DNA of 64,000 nucleotides from Auanema rhodensis. Lineage: Eukaryota > Animalia > Nematoda. The stretch is from positions 7,440,001 to 7,504,000 of the forward strand of contig OZ059898.1 in NCBI GenBank assembly GCA_964057225.1. Reading direction: 5' to 3'. Below the pieces are notes generated by a model, which searched no databases, was not told the origin of the DNA, and saw only the letters and a list, made by a program, of their open reading frames with translations. Within the stretch, counting starts at the first letter, position 1. Every line of letters begins with the position of its first letter. The translations under genes and the position numbers were made by a program. This document shows positions 55,244 through 64,000 of the stretch, piece after piece.

Positions 55244-58200
55244 TTAGTACACCTGAGGGGGCAACAGGTAGTTATTGGGTTCCTTGGTCTCACTTGAATG
55301 CGACAACTCATCAACAGCTGGTGAAGCTGATCTTGATCTATAATGAAAACAATTTGTTATAATTAACTGTTTACATGTGAAATTGATTGAAATATTATTG
55401 AGAATATTTGAAAACATTGAAATGTAAGTTTCATACCTTCTGTCATATCCCGTTGATCCATCAGTGCTTACATCTACCGATGGACGGCTTCGAAAGGCAC
55501 TACTGTTACGACGTTGACGTCTTAATTCAGCATAATATCCATCACGTACAGCAGAAAATACAAATGCGGTTAGCATTGACCTGAAGATGGTATATGATTT
55601 CAATTTGTAGAAAGCTTGTAACGTACCAACTACCAGCTGTTTCACTAGCAGTATGTGTAGCTTGATCCAAAAATGTACATTCAGTTGTAACAGCATCAGC
55701 TGTACAGGCAAAGAAATCAGGCTTAAAGCCAAAACTACGGAAAGGAACAAAATGTGTTCCAAATTCTTCAGAAAGCTGAAAATAGCCTATTACAGTATAA
55801 GTCCCTTAGATAATTTGTGAGAAACAAAAAAATTTTTTTTTCGGAAAACATTTGTACTTACGCGTTGAATTTCTTCAGAATCAGTTAAATTCTCACATAC
55901 GCCCAATAGAAAATCACGTAAAGCAGATGATAAATTGGCACGATCACTCTGAAATAATATAATCAAATTATATTTGAGAAAAATTTTTAAAATGTTTTTA
56001 TTTTTTTTTCAAAAAACAAAGTTTTATGACAAATATCGTAACTCTTCCTAATGTTCCATTTTAATAGTTAAGTTTGTATATATTTTATTTTTATTTGATT
56101 TGAATTTCAAACTATACACATACATATAGATATACATACTTCATTTATATATAAGTATGCTTCTTTTAAGTTTTAAAAGCTAAAACTTCTTTTGGTTGAA
56201 ATTTGAAATAAACAAAATGATGTTAACTCCCTTTCCTAGTTTCATTACCTGAGGACAATTGTCCAGAACAGACGATTGAAATTGAAATGATTTCAGTAAA
56301 TGAACAGAAAAAAAGAAAAAGAAATGAAGAAAAGTGAAAGAATGTTGAAATGAAATAGAAAACCCAAAACACCGAAGTTTTTTTTTTCTTTATACTCTTA
56401 TCTTTTAATATTAAAAACATAATATTATAAGTTTTCTTTACCTAAAACTACTTTTTTTCTTATTTTGATTTTCAAATAACAACTTTACTTTATCGAATAT
56501 TCTATTGGATAGATGATACAATCATCAAAGTTCTATACTCTGTGCTGGAAAGCACGAGGTGAGGTATTCGGGAATTCCCAAGAGAGTCTTCAGCCTCATG
56601 ATATGGTTGAATTTAAATGACATCATTGATATTGAGACCACAATTGGAATCTTAGAAACTTTTTTTTTATCAAAAATTCTTAATTTATTATAAAATAAAA
56701 TAAAATTTAAAAAAAAAGGAGAAAAAGGATGATAAAAACAAAAAAAAATATTTTACAAAAAAAAAATTGTTGAATTACGAGAAAAAGAAATATTTAGTTA
56801 GATTTAAAAAAAGAAAAAATAAGGCTCAAAAACATATTTAAATGCATTTTAAGATGAAAACGTTTGTTATGTAGATGTTACAACAAAAAATTCTACTTTT
56901 CACCGATCATTGCTCATAAATAAAAATATTTCCAGTTATACATATGTATAAAGAAAATATTTAATATAACATCTTCTATATATTTTTTTCTTTCTTGATT
57001 TTCTTAAAAACTAAACTTAAACTTTGAAGATAAATTACGAAACGATTTTCAAAAAAATATATTTCATGAGAAGAGTTCACTTTTCAAATCTGTTTGTAGT
57101 AGCATAGATAGCGATAAGCGAGGATAAACGAACTTTTTCTTTTTTTTTCGCCTCTAAGGACTCATTAAGATTTTGACTAGGATTTGATCTTTAAAGCTCA
57201 TATAAGGATGTTTGATGGTGTGGGTAAAGAATATGATGATGATGATGATGATGATGAAGATGATACGTTTTCTCTTTCTCTTCTATCTCTCTCCCTCTCT
57301 CTTTATCTTTCTCTTTCCAAGTTAGTTCAAAAATTTGGAAAAACAATTCGTACAAACGTTACGATTTAGCTATTATCAATATGAATATTTGATTTTTAAA
57401 AAAATAAAACGAACTCTTGGTAATGTATCCATAAAAACTCTGAAATCTTCTTTCTTTTCAACAGCACGACGTAATATCCGATCAGCTAGAAAAGTACAAA
57501 TATATTTACTATATACATATAGTTAGTTATTATATATTGAACATATCACTAATAATTTGAATAAGAATATTAGAATATACATGTTTTAATATTTTTTAAT
57601 AAAATAATTTTTTCTTTAATTTTAAAATTGAAGAAAAAAAAAAGAAAATATACATATGTATGTATATTTTAATTATATATTATATGTTTATATATATATA
57701 TAATATGTTTTGATTAATCGAAAAATAAGAGTTTTTAGGCTTTGAACTAGATTCATAATACATAATATGAACGAAAAAGTTTTGATGGAAGAAACAACAA
57801 GTGATTGTGTTCTTTTTTTCTCAATTTTTTTTCTTTTTCGATTATAATCATCAAACAAATAGAATTTCATAAAACTATTGAATAGGTTTATCACTTACCT
57901 AAATCATCTTTTGCATTATCTAAGCAATATTTGATGATTGAACGTTGATTAACTGTGAGAATAGGACGACGATTACCTTGTGAAGACATTGAAGCACTAT
58001 AAAAGGCTTCATTAACAATGTTAGTTTTCATGATTTGAACAATATAAATATTTTTTGAAAAATAAAAAAAAATTGAAGAAAGCAATTACAAATCGTTGTT
58101 GATTCTTAGATTTTAAAAAAGGTATCATATTCAAAAATAGTAATTTGCTTTCTTTTTTTTTTAAATTCTAGTTTTATATGGCTTTCATTAATGTTCAGAG

Positions 58201-58504
58201 TTTTCAAGTCTAAAATTGGCTTAAATTTAAGCTCAGGCTTCTTCCCTCAATGATGAAGCTTATGCTCAGCCTCAGCAAACTTATGGATATGAAAGAAGCA
58301 AAATTCGAAAAAAAATGTAAATATGTAAATGTGAAAACATGTGAAGTGATGATCTGACAAGAGCATTTTAAGGAGGCGAACTAACCGAGCACTGTTTGGC
58401 AAACGCTTTCCATTGGTAGGAAGTCCAGGCGATCGTTCTGATACACTTTTAGCTTTACGTCGAACTTCTTCAGGTAATTTATCACCTGAATTAGTGTTTC
58501 CCAT
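55244..58504 (-). CDS. Nematode globin-domain protein (about 253 aa) with N-terminal extension and N-myristoylation motif
   Basis: Exons 58386-58504, 57899-57996, 57415-57485, 55862-55948, 55627-55775, 55437-55580 and 55244-55337 join in frame (762 nt). Helix A LTVNQRSIIKYCL; CD region EDFRVF; F-G region EEFGTHFVPFRSFGFKPDFF; H helix GSWSMLTAFVFSAVRDGYY. TTTTGCAG acceptor 6 nt before the ATG; starts MGNTNS. Confidence 0.85.
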
Positions 58505-61500
58505 GATATTCTGCAAAATAGGAAGTTATTATGTAAAAGAAAAAAAAGAGAGAATAGATATAAAGAAGAACAATAAGAAGATTTGTAAGGTTAAGTTTTT
58601 TTCTAAAAATATGAGAACATAATACAGAAATATACATAGAAATTATAAATTAAAATAATATAAATAGTAAATGATTAATATTCATACAGTTAATATTAAT
58701 AAGAATTTAGAAAAGTAAGAAAGTATGAAAGAAAGAAATGACATGAAAACGAAAACAGACAAATTTATGAAGAGTGACTATACAAGTGCAGTCATTAAAG
58801 AACATCTAAATTGGTGTCTTTACGAGATGTTCAAATGAACTTCTGAGACGAATTTGCATTGAGGTATTGATCAGAGATCAGTAGAACAACTATTAAGTGA
58901 GCATGACAGTAGTAGAAGAATACGCAGAGGGACCCTATCCTAGAGCATCTTCCTCCCGACGCTGCTGTCGTCGTTGTGGCCCTGGCTCTAACGGAAGACG
59001 TCTAGTTCGTTGTCGACTTATTTTACTTTTCCTTCATCTCATTCAAGCTTCTTTTCTCCTCCCACTTCTGCTATCCTTCCCTCCCAGTATTACCCACATT
59101 TCGTTTTCTCCTCCCCTTTTCGTTTTCTCTCTGCCCCTCTCTCTCTCTTTTTTGCTCTCCATAATTTTTTTAATCTCTTTTAACAGCTTTGCTCTCGTTG
59201 TCTTATTCTTTTTCTCTCTCTCTATTTTTGACTAATTTTCTCACTTTCTTCTTCAGTCTGCTTTTTTCTTATTTTAATCCATCGAGTCAAAAACAACAAC
59301 ATCAAAGAACAGGGCATGAACTGCAAAGATCAAGAGGTATGGGATAGCGATTGTTTAATGATATGATAGACATCCCCTATGCAGAAGTAAGAATCTGATT
59401 ACTCAACATTGCAGAAGCAGTGGGCTGTGACTAGCGGAAGCTTTTAGATGATCCCATCAATTCTAATTCAATACAAGCAAAACCATATTCAATTTCAATT
59501 TGTGAGCAAGATGTAAATGCACATCAGTGGTTTAAATGAAATAGCTGAAGTAAAGATATTTCGTTTTTCTGTTGAAACATCAAGGGATTAGATGTTCATG
59601 ATTTGAGTCACGTTTTTCAACTTCTTCAACATCGTATCTGATTATCAGATAAAGCGAACTCAGAAGAAAATAGACATGAAAGGCCTAATGGCATGAGGCA
59701 CTGCTATCGATGTATTGTCCATTTCTTTCAGTATTCCAATTTGATTCATCTAAAGATTTGATGGCAAAAGTGCTTAACGGCATGATGCTCTGACGTCACA
59801 TCGCAGGATATGAAAGCGATGATGTACAGCTGGTTAACGAGTCGGCCCCAGATGAGCACAATAGCACTTCATCTTCCTCTTTGTATCAGAGATCAGGCAT
59901 TTCCTGAACGAGTTGTAAGTTAAATAAGAAATAAAAAAAAGAAAATGTAGTGCACTTTGACCGACGTCTTCCTATTTGCAAATTAAATATGTGAAAAGAA
60001 ATGTTTTCGCAGCATTGCATGAGCTCAACAGCCACGTGAATTAAGCAGAAACAGAAGAATTATAGCGGAGCATCTAAAACAGTTGTTGATAGGCATCATC
60101 ATCGTCAGGTATTCTATATGTGATTTTTCAAGAAACAAGAGAAAGAAAGAAAGAAAACGAAGACATGAAAATTTAAAATCAAATAAATTTAATGGATAAA
60201 TTGAATATAATACTTAGACTTCAATTTCTTTCTCTCTTTTTCTTGCATTTTCTCTAAGTTACAGTCAAAATAGGCTAACACAAATACTCAAAAACTACAA
60301 ATATTCACGTGATTATATAAAATATAGTTATAAGAAAACTGAATTTGATATAAATATAAATATAAATAAATAAATATTATAGAATATAATTTTCTAATCA
60401 ACTATAATAATATTAAAATAAATAAATAAATTGCTATCATTGAATGTATTATCATGGAATTTTGAAAAACAGTATGTCTATATGAGGATATTTGAGTGAG
60501 TATGCATACTATGTATGTATGTGTGGGTATGCAATTTACGAGGCGATTTCAAGAAATATTCTCATCGAACGACGCTTCATTTATTGTTTTCTTTCGTTTT
60601 TTTTTGTCTTCAAATCCATCTTAACTGGAAAGAACGTATATGATCTGATGTGCTAGTCGGCTTGTAGTGTTGACGTCACAAGAATGAGATGTAGGAAGCT
60701 CTGATTCTGAAGACTAAATGATGATAGTATTGTAGTTAATGCTTAATGGAGTTCATTATATAGTCGTAGAATATCCTTATTCTATGAATGTAGTTATTGC
60801 AGGAATACTTATTTCGTACATAAAGTTATGTGTTACTTCAGCCTGATGACGTTCATTTGCTTCACAGCAAATGTTCTATTTTCAGATGCTAAAAAGCCCA
60901 TATATAGATGCTGTTATCTTGAATCTAAAGTTGGCGAGAAAGTTTTGATGTATCAAGCGCATAACTAAGTTTGAGTGAATGAGAAACGAAGACAAAAGTC
61001 TAAAGTCTGCTGACGCGTTGTCAAATTTCTGATGCCACCCGAAGAAAATCTTCTTCCAACATATTATTCACATCGTCATCATTATTTCATATTAAAAGTA
61101 ATGATGCCATGATTATTGAATAAAGGGAATTTGCGTCATTTTCACTGAAATACTGCCCATCGACCAAAAACTATTAGAAGAAAAAAAGATTGTTAAAGGA
61201 AAATATTTACAGATATCACGTTATAATAGTTAAGTTTTATACTATATCTTATATATTATATTTATAAATTGAAAAGAAATGAAATATATATTATTATAAG
61301 TTTAAAATGCTGTACTTATATACTCAATTTGTACTTAAATTGTAATGATATTTGGATTAAGAACAGACACCTTAACGAACAAATGATGAAATGAGTGTTG
61401 AGAGAAGAAAATATGATAACACCTGGAGAAGAATATATGAGAATGGAAAGGATGTATGAATAGGAAGATGTGATGAATGAATAGATGTGATAGATGAAAT

Positions 61501-62145
61501 AGATAGATAGATAGATGGATATGATGTAATCATTGAAAAAAACCTTAAGGCGATATAGCAATTAAACAGATCTGATTGAGAGAGAAAGTAAGATGAAGAG
61601 GTTGTTGCAGAAGCAACAAGTAGACATTGGAAATAAAATGAAGAAAAGGGTAAAAGAATAAGAAGAAAAGCTTATTGAAAATCAGTGTGATCTATGAACG
61701 AAACAATTGATGAATTATATGAATAACCACAAGAAAAAAAATTTTTTTTTTCGTCCAAAAGAAAGGAAAAAAGAAGATAAAGCCCAAAAAGTTAGAAACA
61801 TTTTATTTTATAATTTGAATGCATAATAGAATGTTTCTTGCTTATTTGTTTTTCCAAGAGAGAAAACATGCTTTTATCAATTTTATTCCAGATCTTGCAA
61901 GATTGAAATTGAATTCAAAGGTATGTGACGACATCAAAATGAAAAATAAAATTCTTTTTCAAACAAAAGAACAATCTTATTATAATTTGGATGCTATTTT
62001 TGAAGTAAAAAATTCACATGTTCTACTAGATAACATATGTTTTTATTAAATATAATTTATAATAAATTTTAATATATAGTAATTCTTTAACTATATAGAT
62101 ATATAGAGAAATCTATATAATTTTAAATAATTTCAAATGAAATAC

Positions 62146-62238
62146 CTCTTGTATTCTTGTGATATTTGCTGTCATCTGAATCTTGAGGTAATATTGCCTA
62201 TTGATGATGAGCATGAAGTGTCTTGAAAGGATGTGCAT
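62146..62238 (-). CDS. Candidate alternative first coding exon of the globin gene
   Basis: Open frame MHILSRHFMLIINRQYYLKIQMTANITRIQE ends at a strong phase-0 donor GAG|GTATTT, in frame with the acceptor at 58510 (NIMGNTNS...). Confidence 0.4.
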
Positions 62239-64000
62239 GAAAGAGGAATTGCCTGTTCCGAAAGACGTAAAACAAGAAAAAATGATTTTTTGATTTCAAA
62301 TACTTTTTTTTGTGAAAATAAGCTTTGAAGAAGATTCTTAATCAAAGCTATGTAAAAGTTCAAATTGATTAGATTTTGGGTATAATTGTATTACAATGAA
62401 AAGCTATTTAGATGAATTCATAGTGAAACAAGAAACTTTTTTTTTTTCCAATTCAAAGGTAATCTAGAAATTTAAAAACGAATTTTTACTTTTTTTATGT
62501 TTAAATTTCAATCAAAATATGTTGTACCTTAAATAGTATTAAATAAAAACAATAATAAAAGAACAGAAATAAAATAACAAATAAAATAAATTAATTTCTA
62601 CATCGACGTCATAAGAAAAACATTATTTATATATGTAACTATTTTATTTTATTATATTATTTATATATATATAGTATATATAATTCAAAAGCAAAAATGT
62701 AAATATATGTATGAACATATGATAAAATCTTCTTTGTTTGATACTTATTTTTGAAAAAAACGTGATTAAAAGGATATTCTTAAAGTATTTATATTATAGA
62801 ATTTGATGGATTAAGGTAAGTTTTAAAGAAAAAAAAGTTTTGAAAGATAAATGGTTAACATATGAGAAATACAAATGATTTGTCTTTGTCTATTTAAATT
62901 TATTTTTATACTTCAATAGATAAGGTAAAGAACAGGATAATAGAGAGAGAGACTGAGAGAGGGGAGGTGAACGAAAATGAAATGAAGAAGAAATGCTGAA
63001 GACAAGGAAGAACTCATAAGTATACAAGGATATCTTATTCTTTCTGATACTATTTCAAGCCAGAATCTTATAAAAGTTCTAGAAATAGATTTGTGCGATG
63101 AAGATGAAGAAGAGAAACTAGAGCATATTCATATAAAAAGTTCGATCAAGGTTTTTGTGCTTTCGAAATCAAATTTGTGGCCTCCGGGAGAGTGACACAG
63201 CATACTAAGTAAGCAGAAGCATCAGAAGAGTAGGATAGTGGATAAGCAGTAGAAGACATACAAAAATTTATATTATATTTTGGCCAATATTGAAGGTTGG
63301 AAAGAGGTGTATGGACCTAAGAAACGCCATTCTTACACTTGCTCTTCCCTTTGCTTAAAAAAAAATAAGAAGATTGAGAGAGAGATATAAAACTGGACGA
63401 TCAGAACACGAAATGAGAGCGAGCAAACGAATAAAGAGTTTGTGATGAGGAGAGGAATTGAGATGCAACTTGCAGGAGATTATGCCGGAGAGTTCCTGAC
63501 ACGACAAAAAAGAAAAAGAAATTGGGTGTGGTAACACCGTTAAAATCTGAGCAGAAAAGCCTTGTCAATCTTTTTAGTCAAGTTTCGCTTGTTGAAAAGC
63601 TGTGTAATTGATGTGAATTTCAGGTGAAGTCTAGAGACTATAAAGAAAAAGAACTGAGAGAGCGGAAGAGCAAGAGGGAAAAAAGAAGAAAAAGAGAGGG
63701 AGAGATGAAGAGAAAGTTAGAAGATGGTGGGAGGGCAAATGTTAAAAAATAGAATAAAATGAAAAAAAAGAAAGGAAGCTATACTTTTCGGAAAATGCAT
63801 AGTTATTTCAAGAATGAGCAGTAGACCATATAGTTAAAAGAATGGAAAGCACATCATCAGTTTCATATGATAAAGTCTAATGAAAACTAGAAAATATCAC
63901 ATAACTGGAATTCATATACTATACGAGATTAAAAATTGAAAAATGCGATGAGATAAACATTTAAATGATATACGATGATATCAACAATGTTTCAAGTTTG

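Overview
This is very AT-rich eukaryotic genomic DNA from a nematode, most likely a rhabditid/clade V species. The assignment rests on short (about 45-90 nt) introns, TTTCAG/TTTAG-type acceptors just upstream of start codons, and close resemblance to C. elegans proteins and 5S rRNA as I recall them. Left to right: (1) the 5' part of a Mesh/SUSD2-like NIDO-IPT-AMOP-VWD gene (minus, runs off the left edge); (2) mapk-15 (ERK7/8, minus); (3) an ARHGEF10/17-like RhoGEF (osg-1-like, minus); (4) a ~22 kb stretch with no recognisable CDS, rich in (CT)n microsatellites; (5) baz-2 (BAZ2/TIP5-like MBD-DDT-WHIM-PHD-bromodomain, plus); (6) a six-unit, 475-bp-period 5S rRNA array (minus) with no SL1 gene, plus a truncated seventh 5S; (7) a nematode globin-domain gene (minus). 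The most interesting leads are the globin, which has an N-myristoylation motif, apparently Phe rather than His at the proximal F8 position, and a candidate upstream exon that would mask the myristoylation site, and the small SL1-free 5S array with a hairpin-rich spacer and haplotype blocks. I found no clear-cut new system; these leads are hypotheses. Gene models were spliced by hand, orthologies are from memory, and no searches were run.
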